Below are positions 1 to 9,685 of a stretch of 64,000 nt of DNA, piece by piece (positions within the stretch are counted from its first letter, which is position 1; the number at the start of each line of letters is the position of its first letter). Location of the stretch: NCBI GenBank assembly GCA_015063585.1, contig SVTW01000005.1, positions 525 to 64,524 of the forward strand. Direction: 5' to 3'. Made by a program: the position numbers and the translations under genes. A model generated the notes under the pieces. It searched no databases and was not told the DNA's origin. It saw only the letters and a program-made list of their open reading frames with translations. This DNA comes from Oscillospiraceae bacterium. GTDB taxonomy: Bacteria; Bacillota; Clostridia; Oscillospirales; CAG-272.

Positions 1-429
1 GTAGTCGGTAACAGGGGCTAATACCTTCCCTGCCGTAGCGGCCGTTAAAGCGCCCGACAAGCCACCCACGTGATCCTCATGCGCGTGTGTGCAGACCACG
101 TAATCCAAATGTGCGACCGATTGTTTTTTCAGATAGGCATAGATCCGATCGCTGTCCTCAACGTTTCCGCCGTCGATCAGCATGGTCTTGCCCGCACAGA
201 TCACAAGAGCGGCATCGGCTTGTCCCACGTCAATGAAGTGAATCGCAAAATCCGAGGTGAATGAATCGGTTCCGGTAAAGGAATCGGTTTCATCGGTATC
301 CTGCCGATCCGTGTCAAGCATATCGTCAAGTAAATCGGACGATAGGCAACCAACCGTGGAAAACAGCAAACAAAGCAGAAAAAATATAGAAATAATACGC
401 CTTTTCAAGAAAAGCTCCTTTCTGTTCAT
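1..429 (-). CDS. MBL-fold metallo-hydrolase, predicted lipoprotein (C-terminal part runs off the window)
   Basis: The reverse frame is open from the window edge to the ATG at 427-429. Translation starts MNRKELFLKRRIISIFFLLCLLFSTVGC (signal peptide plus lipobox Cys). It continues with HFIDVGQADAALVICAGKTM and VVCTHAHEDHVGG (HxHxDH motif). It is absent from the ORF track because it is truncated. Confidence 0.7.
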   Translation of the reverse strand, partial: MNRKELFLKRRIISIFFLLCLLFSTVGCLSSDLLDDMLDTDRQDTDETDSFTGTDSFTSDFAIHFIDVGQADAALVICAGKTMLIDGGNVEDSDRIYAYLKKQSVAHLDYVVCTHAHEDHVGGLSGALTAATAGKVLAPVTDY

Positions 430-438
430 CGGTGGTGA

Positions 439-2022
439 TCAAGTTCCGAACTCAACAAGCTCCAGCCCTTCATTTTGATCGAGCGTGTGACGAATATGCC
501 ACTCACTGTTGAAAAGCAGAAAATCGTTACCGCGGAAATCCTGCACCCATTTCACATCGAACAAATGCAATTTTTTCGGGTCGGCACCATTCGCAATGCG
601 TCGGATATATTGATAAGACTGTGGGTATTGCTTATAGGTAACACCGTATTCGGCTTTCATACGCGACTCCAAAACGTCGTATTGCAGCATACCAACCACA
701 CCGACGTAAACGCGCTCCAAGCCGCCTCCCGGCTCGATAAAGATCTGAATGGCACCCTCCTGCGCGATCTGATTCATACCTTTTGCAAACTGCTTACGCT
801 TCATGCTGTCGATCTGCTCCACCATTGCAAAGCACTCGGGCGCAAAGGTGGGAATGCCTTCAAACTGGATCTTTTTGCTCTTATCGCAGATCGTGTCTCC
901 GATCGAGAAGATTCCCGGGTCGAACACACCGATGATGTCACCTGCATATGCCTCCTCGATGATGGAACGCTCCTGCGCCATCATCTGCTGTGGCTGTGAA
1001 AGACGGAGCGCCTTGCCGCCTTGCACATGGAAATATTCGGTCTCATGCTCAAATTTTCCCGATACGATACGCATAAACGCGATACGGTCACGGTGTGCTT
1101 TGTTCATGTTTGCCTGAATCTTGAATACAAATGCCGAAAAATGCTCGTCAAAGGGAGATACCGTATCCTCACCTGCGCGACGCGCAAGAGGGGCGGTCGT
1201 CATCTTCAGAAAGTGCTCCAAAAAGAACTCCACGCCGAAGTTGTTGAGCGCAGAGCCGAAAAACACAGGGCTGAGCTTTCCGCACCGCACCTGCTCGATA
1301 TCAAAATCAAAACACGCACCGTCAAGCAGCTCAACCTGCTCGGTCAATTCCTCGCGCGCATAGGAGCCGATCAACTCATCAAGACGTGCCGTATCGGAAA
1401 TGTCACAGTCGATCGAGGAAAGACGGTCGCGACCGCGATGAGAATTTCCAAATGCAAGGATCTTACGGCCGTCGCGGTCATACACCCCTTTAAAGCTGAC
1501 ACCGCATCCGATCGGCCAGTTCATCGGATAGGTTCCGATTCCAAACTCCTTCTCCAGCTCGTCCAGCAGGTCAAAGGGATCACGCGCTTCATGGTCGAGC
1601 TTGTTGATAAAGGTGAAGATCGGGATATGACGCATTGCGCAAACCTTAAAAAGCTTGCGCGTTTGGGGCTCGATTCCCTTTGCCGCATCAATAACCATCA
1701 CCGCGCTGTCCGCCGCCATCAACGTGCGGTACGTATCCTCGGAGAAGTCCTGATGCCCGGGGGTATCCAAAATATTGATGCAATAGCCGTTATATTCAAA
1801 CTGCATGACCGACGAGGTGATCGAGATTCCTCTCTTTTTCTCCATTTCCATCCAGTCGGAAACGGCATGACGATCGGATGCCTTTCCTTTGACCGACCCC
1901 GCGGTTTGGATCGCGCCACCGTAGAGCAAAAACTTTTCGGTGAGTGTTGTCTTACCCGCGTCGGGGTGGGAGATGATCGCAAACGTCCGACGGCGGTTGA
2001 TTTCCTGTTCCAAAGCTTTCAT
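439..2022 (-). CDS. prfC: peptide chain release factor 3 (translational GTPase)
   Basis: 527 aa. GTPase motifs AIISHPDAGKTTLTEK, DTPGHQDF and NKLD are present, and the overall RF3 architecture fits. Confidence 0.93.
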   Translation of the reverse strand: MKALEQEINRRRTFAIISHPDAGKTTLTEKFLLYGGAIQTAGSVKGKASDRHAVSDWMEMEKKRGISITSSVMQFEYNGYCINILDTPGHQDFSEDTYRTLMAADSAVMVIDAAKGIEPQTRKLFKVCAMRHIPIFTFINKLDHEARDPFDLLDELEKEFGIGTYPMNWPIGCGVSFKGVYDRDGRKILAFGNSHRGRDRLSSIDCDISDTARLDELIGSYAREELTEQVELLDGACFDFDIEQVRCGKLSPVFFGSALNNFGVEFFLEHFLKMTTAPLARRAGEDTVSPFDEHFSAFVFKIQANMNKAHRDRIAFMRIVSGKFEHETEYFHVQGGKALRLSQPQQMMAQERSIIEEAYAGDIIGVFDPGIFSIGDTICDKSKKIQFEGIPTFAPECFAMVEQIDSMKRKQFAKGMNQIAQEGAIQIFIEPGGGLERVYVGVVGMLQYDVLESRMKAEYGVTYKQYPQSYQYIRRIANGADPKKLHLFDVKWVQDFRGNDFLLFNSEWHIRHTLDQNEGLELVEFGT

Positions 2023-2221
2023 AAAGTACCTTCTGCACTCCTGTTGTTCTATATCAAAATAATTAACAAGATATTATACCATATTTTTCTGCAACTTGCA
2101 AGACGCAAATGCATTTTTCAATAAAAAACGCTCCAATATATTTTATGCTATTTGACCTTTCCGATGATAAAGACAAAAAAAAACGGTGCGCGTGATCCAA
2201 TCGACGGCACCGTTTCCATTT

Positions 2222-3028
2222 TTATTTTTTCAGCATTAAAGTTTTTTCATACGCGGCAATTACCGCATTCATGGCAGAGGCGCGGAAGCCTCCCTGCTCC
2301 AAGGCGCGCACACCCGCTATCGTGGTTCCGCCCGGACTGCAAACGGCATCCTTGAGCTCGCCCGCATGCCGTCCGCTCTGTAAAAGCAGCTCTGCCGCGC
2401 CGACCAATGTTTGCGCCGCATACAAATTTGCCTTGTCACGTGCAAGCCCGCATGAAACCGCTCCGTCTGCCAAAGCCTCGGCAAAAAGGTAGACAAATGC
2501 AGGACCGCATCCCGAGAGCGCACTTGCCGCATCGATCTTATCCTCGGGAATTGCGTCAAGCGTTCCCGCCTTGGAAAGTGCCGTGCAAAATGTCGCGATT
2601 TGATCCTCGCTCACGCGATCGTTTGCACAATACAAGATCATGCCTTCCCCAACCGAAACGGGCGTATTGGGCATGATACGAATCACAGACACCTGCATAT
2701 CTGCCATTTTTTCAACTGCCCCGATTGAAATACCCGCCGCCATGCTCACGAGAACAAAAGGTGTGCCGCGTGTGCGAAGGCACGGAGAAAGCTCTGTAAA
2801 AAGCGATTCAAAGCCCTGCGGCTTTACACCGAGAAAAATAAAATCACAAGTTTCTGCAATTTCCGCAACAGACGAAGCACGCGCGCCCGTAGACATCGCC
2901 AAGCTCTCTACCTTTTCGGAAAAGCGATCGCACAAAAGGATATTTGCTCCGCCCACAGTCTTGGCAACAGCGGACGCGAGCGCGCCCCCCATGTTTCCGC
3001 AACCGATAAAACCAAATTTCGCAGTCAT
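2222..3028 (-). CDS. proC: pyrroline-5-carboxylate reductase
   Basis: 268 aa. N-terminal Rossmann motif FGFIGCGNMGGAL and C-terminal SPGGTTIAG motif. It lies directly downstream of proB-proA. Confidence 0.9.
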   Translation of the reverse strand: MTAKFGFIGCGNMGGALASAVAKTVGGANILLCDRFSEKVESLAMSTGARASSVAEIAETCDFIFLGVKPQGFESLFTELSPCLRTRGTPFVLVSMAAGISIGAVEKMADMQVSVIRIMPNTPVSVGEGMILYCANDRVSEDQIATFCTALSKAGTLDAIPEDKIDAASALSGCGPAFVYLFAEALADGAVSCGLARDKANLYAAQTLVGAAELLLQSGRHAGELKDAVCSPGGTTIAGVRALEQGGFRASAMNAVIAAYEKTLMLKK

Positions 3029-3046
3029 TTTTCTTATCTCCTCTCT

Positions 3047-4303
3047 TTATCGGATCTGTCCGTTTCCTTGAATCACATATTTGTAGGTCGTCAACTCCGC
3101 AAGCCCCATCGGTCCGCGCGCGTGAAGCTTTTGCGTGGAAATTCCGATCTCGCAGCCCAGACCAAACTCGCCTCCGTCCGTAAAGCGTGTGGAAGCATTT
3201 ACGTAAACGGCAGAACTGTCAACCGCCGCCGTGAAATATGCCGCGGCTTGCTCGTTTTGAGTCACGATCGCCTCGCTGTGGTGCGTGGAATGAGCCGCAA
3301 TATGCGATACAGCCTCCTCAACATGGTCCACAAGCTTGACCGCGAGAATATAGTTGAGAAACTCGGTATCAAAATCCAGGTCATCCGCCGCAACACCCGA
3401 TATGATCTTTGCCGCATCGGGACATAGACGCAATTCCACAGCCGTTTCGCCGCGTGCCGCCCGATCCTCAACCAAACGCTTTTGAAGCTTTGGCAAAAAC
3501 TCCGCGGCGATTGCACGACTTACCAAGCACACCTCTGCCGCATTGCAGACCGAAGGGCGGCTTGTTTTCGCGTTTTCCAGAATTGCAAGTGCCTTTTCCT
3601 GATCGGCATCGGCATCCACGTAAATATGGCAGATTCCCGTTCCCGTTTGAATGCACAGCACCTTGGCGTTTTCCACACATGCGCGGATCAAGCCTGCACC
3701 GCCGCGCGGTATCAAAAGATCCACGTAATCCACGGCAGTCATCAGTTCATTTGCCCCAGCGCGGGAGACATCCTCTAAAATGTTAACAAAATCAGCCGAC
3801 AGACCAAGCTTTTCCAATCCCCCGCGCATTGCCGCCACGATTGCCGTGGAAGAACGGTAAGCTTCCTTTCCGCCTCGCAAAACACATACGTTTCCGCTCT
3901 TGAGTGCCAACGCTGCAGCATCCGAGGTCACGTTGGGGCGGCTTTCATAAATAATTGCCACCACGCCCATCGGAACACGCTTTTTTTCAATCACAAGTCC
4001 GTTGGGTCTTGTAACGCGGTCAATCACGCCGCCGATCGGATCGGGTAACGCCACAACCTCACGGATGCCGTTTGCCATGCCACGAATGCGCCCTTCGTCA
4101 AGGCGAAGGCGATCGATCATCACCGCGTTCATCTGCTCGCTTGCCGCGGCAACGTCAAGCGCGTTTGCCGCAAGAATATCTGCGCAGGATGCCTCCAGCG
4201 CGTCTGCCATTGCAAGCAACGCGCGGTTTTTGGTTTCCGTATCCAAAAGCGCCAATGCGGGGGTTGCAGCCTTCGCACGCTTTAAAATTTCAAGTGTTGT
4301 CAT
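3047..4303 (-). CDS. proA: glutamate-5-semialdehyde dehydrogenase
   Basis: 418 aa with an aldehyde-dehydrogenase fold, a catalytic Cys region ([12 protein letters not shown]) and a C-terminal [10 protein letters not shown]. It sits between proB and proC. Confidence 0.92.
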   Translation of the reverse strand: MTTLEILKRAKAATPALALLDTETKNRALLAMADALEASCADILAANALDVAAASEQMNAVMIDRLRLDEGRIRGMANGIREVVALPDPIGGVIDRVTRPNGLVIEKKRVPMGVVAIIYESRPNVTSDAAALALKSGNVCVLRGGKEAYRSSTAIVAAMRGGLEKLGLSADFVNILEDVSRAGANELMTAVDYVDLLIPRGGAGLIRACVENAKVLCIQTGTGICHIYVDADADQEKALAILENAKTSRPSVCNAAEVCLVSRAIAAEFLPKLQKRLVEDRAARGETAVELRLCPDAAKIISGVAADDLDFDTEFLNYILAVKLVDHVEEAVSHIAAHSTHHSEAIVTQNEQAAAYFTAAVDSSAVYVNASTRFTDGGEFGLGCEIGISTQKLHARGPMGLAELTTYKYVIQGNGQIR

Positions 4304-4315
4304 AGTGATTCCCTT

Positions 4316-5086
4316 TCAATTGGACTTCGCGTAAAAAAGCGTTCCCACCGATTTTCCGTCAAAGAGATCGTACAACAAAGCGGGATTCTCACCGTTCAGA
4401 ATTACCATATCGCACCCGTCTGCCATGCAGAGCTCTGCCGCATGGAGCTTGGTGCGCATACCGCCCGTACCGAGTGCTGAGCCCTCTCCGCCTGCCAGGG
4501 CAAGAAGCTCCGGGGTGATGGCGCGGACCTCTTCAATGAGCTTTGCGTTGGGATCCTTATGCGGATCTGCCGTGTAGAGCCCGTCAATATCCGAGAGCAG
4601 GACCAAACGGTCTGCCTCTACGCTGACGGCAACCATTGCGGAAAGCGTGTCGTTATCTCCAACCTTGATCTCGTCGGTTGCAATGGTATCGTTTTCGTTG
4701 ATGATCGGCAACACGTCAAGCTCAAGCAAACGACGCATTGTGTTTTTGAAATTCTGATAGCGATCCTCGTGACGAAAATCCGATCCCGTAAGAAGAATCT
4801 GCGCCACGGTATGATTATATTCACTGAAAAGCTTGTCGTAAGTATACATCAGCTCACATTGTCCTACCGCCGCTGCCGCCTGTTTGGTAGGAATATCGGA
4901 GGGGCGCTCCTTGAGAGAAAGCTTTCCGATTCCCATTCCAATTGCGCCTGAGGATACAAGGATCACCTCGTGTCCGCTGTTTTTCAGATCACTCAGCACG
5001 CGGCAAAGAGACTCCACACGGCGGATATTCAAGCACCCCGTAGGGTGTGCCAACGTGGAGGTTCCGACTTTTACTACGACTCTCAT
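4316..5086 (-). CDS. proB: glutamate 5-kinase (short form without PUA domain)
   Basis: 256 aa with an amino-acid-kinase fold (VVKVGTSTL, VILVSSGAIG, GDNDTLSA). The length leaves no room for a C-terminal PUA domain. Confidence 0.9.
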   Translation of the reverse strand: MRVVVKVGTSTLAHPTGCLNIRRVESLCRVLSDLKNSGHEVILVSSGAIGMGIGKLSLKERPSDIPTKQAAAAVGQCELMYTYDKLFSEYNHTVAQILLTGSDFRHEDRYQNFKNTMRRLLELDVLPIINENDTIATDEIKVGDNDTLSAMVAVSVEADRLVLLSDIDGLYTADPHKDPNAKLIEEVRAITPELLALAGGEGSALGTGGMRTKLHAAELCMADGCDMVILNGENPALLYDLFDGKSVGTLFYAKSN

Positions 5087-5132
5087 GATAAATTCCTTTC
5101 CAATGCGACAAATTACTTTAACGTATTAATAT

Positions 5133-5161
5133 ATTATAACGAAAAAAAGCTTTTTCGTCAA
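5133..5161 (-). promoter_or_regulatory. candidate sigma-A promoter for proBA-proC
   Basis: On the minus strand: TTGACG (5156-5161), a 17-nt spacer, then TATAAT (5133-5138). Confidence 0.4.
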
Positions 5162-5190
5162 GTAGTTTCCAATAAAAAGTGATACAACCC

Positions 5191-5219
5191 TTGCAAAAAA
5201 TATTAAATCATGGTATAAT
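5191..5219 (+). promoter_or_regulatory. candidate sigma-A promoter for the ABC-F gene
   Basis: TTGCAA (5191-5196), a 17-nt spacer ending in TGg (extended -10), then TATAAT (5214-5219). It lies 32 nt upstream of the ATG. Confidence 0.45.
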
Positions 5220-5250
5220 AGAAAAGATAGAATATAAAAGGCGGTAAATT

Positions 5251-6852
5251 ATGATTACAATTTCCAATTTAAGCTTTCATTTTGGAGGACAGCTTCTGTT
5301 CAAGGACGTTGACCTCAAATTCACTCCGGGCAATTGCTACGGAATCATTGGCGCAAACGGTGCCGGAAAATCCACCTTTTTGAAGATCCTTTGCGGGGAG
5401 CTTGAGCCCTCCACGGGTGAAGTTTCGATTCCCGCGGATGTGCGCATGTCGGTATTGCGTCAGGATCACTTTGCGTTTGATGAATACAGTGTTTTGGATA
5501 CGGTTATGATGGGAAACCGTCGTTTGTACGACGTGAAGGTGGAAAAGGACGCGATCTATGAGAAGGAGGAATTCTCCGAAGCCGACGGAATTCGCGCATC
5601 GGAGCTGGAAGCCGAGTTTGCCGAGCTCAACGGCTGGGAGGCGGAATCGGAGATCTCGCGCCTGATCCAGGGACTTGGTATGAGCGACGACCAGCTTTGG
5701 GATCCGATGTCGACGCTGAAGGAAAGCGAAAAGGTCAAGGTCATGCTCGCGCAGGCTCTGTTCGGCAATCCCGACATCATTATGCTCGACGAGCCGACCA
5801 ACGGTCTTGATATTGATGCGATCATGTGGCTCGAGGACTTTCTTGCCGATTATTTTGGCACGGTCCTTGTCGTTTCGCACGACCGTCATTTTCTCAACGA
5901 CGTTTGTACCAACATCGTTGATATCGACTACAACGGCATTAAAATGTACGTTGGAAACTACGAGTTTTGGTATGAATCGAGCCAGCTCATTCAGCGCATG
6001 ATCAAGCAACAAAATAAAAAAGCAGAAGAAAAAATCCGCGAACTGCAAACCTTTATCGCGCGTTTCTCGGCAAACAAATCCAAATCGAGACAGGCAACCT
6101 CCCGCCGAAAGCTGCTTGACAAGCTCACGGTTGAAGAGCTTCCCGCTTCCAGCCGCCGCTACCCCTTCATCGGATTTGATATGGATCGCATTGCGGGCAA
6201 GGATATTCTGTTTGTGAACGGGCTTTCTAAATCGGTAGACGGTGTATCGCTTTTCCAAAATCTATCCTTTACGGTTGGAAAAGAGGATAAGATCGCGCTG
6301 ATTGGTAATGAAATGGCGATCACGGCGCTGTTCCGCATTTTGATGGAGGAGGACACACCCGACAGCGGTGATTTTAAGTGGGGGGTAAGCATTACAAAAT
6401 CCTATTTTCCGCATGATAACACATCGTATTTCAAGGATTGTACGCTCAGCATCATTGATTGGCTCGCGCAGTATGCAAAGGAAACAACAGAGACCTATCT
6501 GCGCGGTTTTCTCGGACGCATGCTCTTTTCCAACGACAGCGTATTCAAGCCCGTAAACGTTTTGTCGGGTGGTGAAAAGGTGCGCTGTATGTTCGCTCGC
6601 ATGATGCTGTTCGGATCCAATTTTCTGCTTTTGGATCAGCCCACCGATCACCTTGATCTGGAGTCGATCAGCGCGGTCAACCACGGACTTGCCGCTTTCA
6701 AGGGCAATCTGATCTTCTATTCGCACGACTACGAGCTTATAAACACGGTTGCAAACCGCATTATTGAGATCACGCCGAATGGCATGATCGACCGTTCCGG
6801 CACCTATGAGGAATATCTGGAATGGAAGCGCGCGCAAGCGGAACAGCAATAA
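5251..6852 (+). CDS. ABC-F family ATPase (YbiT-like; two NBDs, no TMD)
   Basis: 533 aa. NBD1 has Walker A GANGAGKST and Walker B IIMLDEPT. An inter-domain linker carries RFSANKSKSRQATSRRK. NBD2 has the signature LSGGEKVR. See findings for the degenerate NBD2 site. Confidence 0.88.
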   Translation: MITISNLSFHFGGQLLFKDVDLKFTPGNCYGIIGANGAGKSTFLKILCGELEPSTGEVSIPADVRMSVLRQDHFAFDEYSVLDTVMMGNRRLYDVKVEKDAIYEKEEFSEADGIRASELEAEFAELNGWEAESEISRLIQGLGMSDDQLWDPMSTLKESEKVKVMLAQALFGNPDIIMLDEPTNGLDIDAIMWLEDFLADYFGTVLVVSHDRHFLNDVCTNIVDIDYNGIKMYVGNYEFWYESSQLIQRMIKQQNKKAEEKIRELQTFIARFSANKSKSRQATSRRKLLDKLTVEELPASSRRYPFIGFDMDRIAGKDILFVNGLSKSVDGVSLFQNLSFTVGKEDKIALIGNEMAITALFRILMEEDTPDSGDFKWGVSITKSYFPHDNTSYFKDCTLSIIDWLAQYAKETTETYLRGFLGRMLFSNDSVFKPVNVLSGGEKVRCMFARMMLFGSNFLLLDQPTDHLDLESISAVNHGLAAFKGNLIFYSHDYELINTVANRIIEITPNGMIDRSGTYEEYLEWKRAQAEQQ

Positions 6853-6864
6853 GCAAAATAGGAA

Positions 6865-6925
6865 AACAGCCGGTCATCCTCCGCACGCTCATCAAAGCAG
6901 CGCGTGTTGACCGACTGTTTTTTAT
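6865..6925. terminator. bidirectional stem-loop between convergent ABC-F and protease genes
   Basis: AAAACAGCCGGTCA...TGACCGACTGTTTTTT with an inner CACGC/GCGTG stem. An A-tract lies 5' and a T-tract 3'. Confidence 0.5.
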
Positions 6926-8137
6926 TTAGTCCGCAAGGTGAATCGAAACCTCGATCTCCTCGCCGTCCCGGAGGACCGTCATTTTCAGATATGAGCCCAT
7001 AGGACAGTCGTAGAGCAGATTGGTGATCTCATTGACCGTGGAAACCTTTGTTCCGTTCACAGCAATCACAATATCATGCACCTGCAGCTTCCCATCCGCA
7101 TAGCTTCCGGCACTTACGTTGATCACAACCACACCTGTAGCCCCGGCATAATAGGTCTTATTGCTGTAGGCGTAAGGATCGCCCTTCTTCACTTCCAGAC
7201 AGCTCACGCCCAAAACAGGACGCACTCTTGAAAAATCAACGTCAATATCGTCTGCGTGCCCGTGCTCAACGATCGCATTCAAAATTTGTATGCAACCGTT
7301 GATGGGAAGCGCGTAAGAAATGCCCTCGTTATCATTGAGCTTTCGCGTTACGATTCCAATGATCTCCCCGTGGTCGTTGCAAAGTGGACCGCCGGAATTT
7401 CCGGGGTTCAGGGCGGCATCGGTTTGGATCATGGAAAGCTCCACAACCGATCTGCCAATGGTTACGGGAACCATGCGTTTTACGGCGGAAACGATGCCCT
7501 GCGTTGTGGACCACGAGCCGTCCTCACCCGAAGGGTTCCCCACTGCAATGGCGATCTCGCCCACACGCAACGCGTCGGAATCCCCGATTTTGGGAACGGG
7601 ATAATTGCGCCCCTTGATCTTCAGCACCGCAAGATCCTCGTTGCGGCGGTAACCGACCAGCTCCGCCTCAATTTTCTGACCGGGATTTTCGTAGAGTGAA
7701 ACCGCAAAAGAATCCGCATCTTGAACCACGTGATAATTGGTTGCGATATAGCCGTCCGCGGTTAAAAAGAAGCCGGTTCCATAGGCATACCCCTCCTCAT
7801 TTGAGGCATACACCAGCACGGTAGCGGGCGTGATCAACTCCGAAACCTGCGCTGTGGTAAGTGCGCCCGCGGTCGAATTTTGACCGCTGCCCATGTTGCT
7901 GTCCGAACGGTAATACCAAACCAACATTCCCGCAAGCATTGCAAAACAAAGTAGAAAAACGGCAGCAGTCACAAACGCATACAGCAGGATGCCGTTTCTG
8001 CTCTTTTTCTTTTTGCTCTTCGTGTCGTAAGCCACCTGCTCATCATATCGCCAACGGTAACGATAGTCGGGCGATTGATTCTGCGCTCTATTTTCTGTCT
8101 GCGGATTTTCTCCGCCGTTCCATTTTTCGTTTTCCAT
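6926..8137 (-). CDS. membrane-anchored trypsin-like serine protease with PDZ domain (HtrA/DegP-like)
   Basis: Catalytic triad contexts are TNYHVV, DLAVLKI and GNSGGPL. There is an N-terminal TM segment (ILLYAFVTAAVFLLCFAMLAGMLVWY) and a C-terminal PDZ-like region. The start is ambiguous: ATG at 8137 (MENEKW) or TTG at 8170, which overlaps the kinase stop. Confidence 0.85.
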   Translation of the reverse strand: MENEKWNGGENPQTENRAQNQSPDYRYRWRYDEQVAYDTKSKKKKSRNGILLYAFVTAAVFLLCFAMLAGMLVWYYRSDSNMGSGQNSTAGALTTAQVSELITPATVLVYASNEEGYAYGTGFFLTADGYIATNYHVVQDADSFAVSLYENPGQKIEAELVGYRRNEDLAVLKIKGRNYPVPKIGDSDALRVGEIAIAVGNPSGEDGSWSTTQGIVSAVKRMVPVTIGRSVVELSMIQTDAALNPGNSGGPLCNDHGEIIGIVTRKLNDNEGISYALPINGCIQILNAIVEHGHADDIDVDFSRVRPVLGVSCLEVKKGDPYAYSNKTYYAGATGVVVINVSAGSYADGKLQVHDIVIAVNGTKVSTVNEITNLLYDCPMGSYLKMTVLRDGEEIEVSIHLAD

Positions 8138-8166
8138 CGAAAAAATCCTTTCTTTTACACGCGCGC

Positions 8167-9636
8167 TCAATCCTTTGTCTGTGCTCGCTGAAGTGTAAAA
8201 TAAAATTCACAGTATTTTCCTGCCTCACTCGAAACCCCAATGCGTTCGCCATGCGCGTTGATGATCGTTTTCGCGATATAAAGCCCAAGCCCTACGCCCG
8301 ATTTATCAAGCCCTCGGCTCTTGTCACTCTTGTAAAACCGCTCAAATACCATGGGAAGATCCGCTTCGGGAATCCCTTCTCCCTCATTATAAACCGAAAT
8401 CAACACCTTTTTCTCTTTGGTGTAGAAAATGCGCAGCTTGAGCATACCGCCGAGATAGGAAAATTTGATCGCGTTGTGGCAGATATTGTAAAAGATCTGA
8501 TAAATTGCGTCATGATCGGCATAAACCTGCATGCGATCCTCCTCGCATTCGAAGGTCACATCAAGATGCTTCTCCTCAATATTTTGCTCAAATGAGATCA
8601 GAATCAACCGTGCCATTTCGCAAATATCAAACGGCTTCATGGTAAACTTGCGATCGCCCGCCTGAATTCTTGAAATATCCAGCAACGAGGTTACCAATCG
8701 CGAAAGACGTTGCACCTCGATCGAAACAATTTCGAGATAATGGTCATGCTCCTCCGGAGGGATCACGCCGTCCCGAATCCCGTCAATGAAGCCCGCAATG
8801 GTCGTCATCGGTGTGCGCAGATCATGAGAAACGTTTGCTACAAAGGAGTTTCTCATCTTTTCGAGGTTTTCAAGAGAATCCGCCATTTGGTTAAAAGCTT
8901 CGGAAAGCTCCGCTACCTCGTCCCTACCCCGCACGCGTACGCGCGTTTCAAATTTTCCCGCCGAGAAATTCCGCGCTGCCTTACGCATCTCACGCAGCGG
9001 CGCAATGGTTCGCTCGGTCAGGAAATAAGCGGCTATCAGGGATGCCATCAAAACAAGTGCCGCCGAGGTCACGATCGTTTGTGTCAAATTATCCACCGTG
9101 AATCCGAGGTTACGGTCTCCTGAACACACAGCGATCATGCCGCAAAGTGCGCCATCGGCATTCCGGACCCCAACGGCACAGGTAAAGATCGCCCGTCCGA
9201 GTGACTCGATCCGAAGCTCTCCCATCACCTCTCCGCCAACCACAAGTGTTTTGGTAATTGCCGACGGGAGCGTTTTGCCGAGTGCCTTGTCCGGCACATC
9301 CCCCTCAATTGCCTGCACGTAACAAACGATTCCGCTTTGATCGGCTATTAAAACCGAAAGATCCGCCTCAAAACCCGATACAGACTCCAAAAGGGGCGAG
9401 AGATGGGCTTCGCCGATCTCATTCAGCACAGCGGAAAAATCCTCCGGATCGCACTCCGCCATCTTTTCATTCAGATAGATCTGAATCATTTCGGCGGTGT
9501 TGGTCATTAAAGTTTCCTTAGCCTTGGAGGAATAGTTTCCTCCAATAGATGTAACAATCATTAAAAGAATTGCAAAGCCAAAAATAATAATCGACATAAA
9601 TGCCGTTACATATTTGGCAAATATACTTCTGAACAA
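8167..9636 (-). CDS. sensor histidine kinase (2 TM, extracytoplasmic loop, HAMP, HisKA, HATPase_c)
   Basis: 489 aa. H-box VSHDLRTPMTTI and G-boxes GVGLGLYIAK are present. The N-terminal and second TM helices flank a loop of about 150 aa. Confidence 0.88.
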   Translation of the reverse strand: MFRSIFAKYVTAFMSIIIFGFAILLMIVTSIGGNYSSKAKETLMTNTAEMIQIYLNEKMAECDPEDFSAVLNEIGEAHLSPLLESVSGFEADLSVLIADQSGIVCYVQAIEGDVPDKALGKTLPSAITKTLVVGGEVMGELRIESLGRAIFTCAVGVRNADGALCGMIAVCSGDRNLGFTVDNLTQTIVTSAALVLMASLIAAYFLTERTIAPLREMRKAARNFSAGKFETRVRVRGRDEVAELSEAFNQMADSLENLEKMRNSFVANVSHDLRTPMTTIAGFIDGIRDGVIPPEEHDHYLEIVSIEVQRLSRLVTSLLDISRIQAGDRKFTMKPFDICEMARLILISFEQNIEEKHLDVTFECEEDRMQVYADHDAIYQIFYNICHNAIKFSYLGGMLKLRIFYTKEKKVLISVYNEGEGIPEADLPMVFERFYKSDKSRGLDKSGVGLGLYIAKTIINAHGERIGVSSEAGKYCEFYFTLQRAQTKD

Positions 9637-9685
9637 GGGACTCCCTCCCTCAAAAAAAGATAAAGGAACCGATATGCGGTAAAAA

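Noticed and set aside
2106-2118. A 13-nt match (CAAATGCATTTTT) to the core of repeat module HP5, in the prfC-proC spacer.
   Set aside because: The match is too short. The complementary half and the G-rich outer stem are absent, so it is compatible with chance in AT-rich intergenic DNA.
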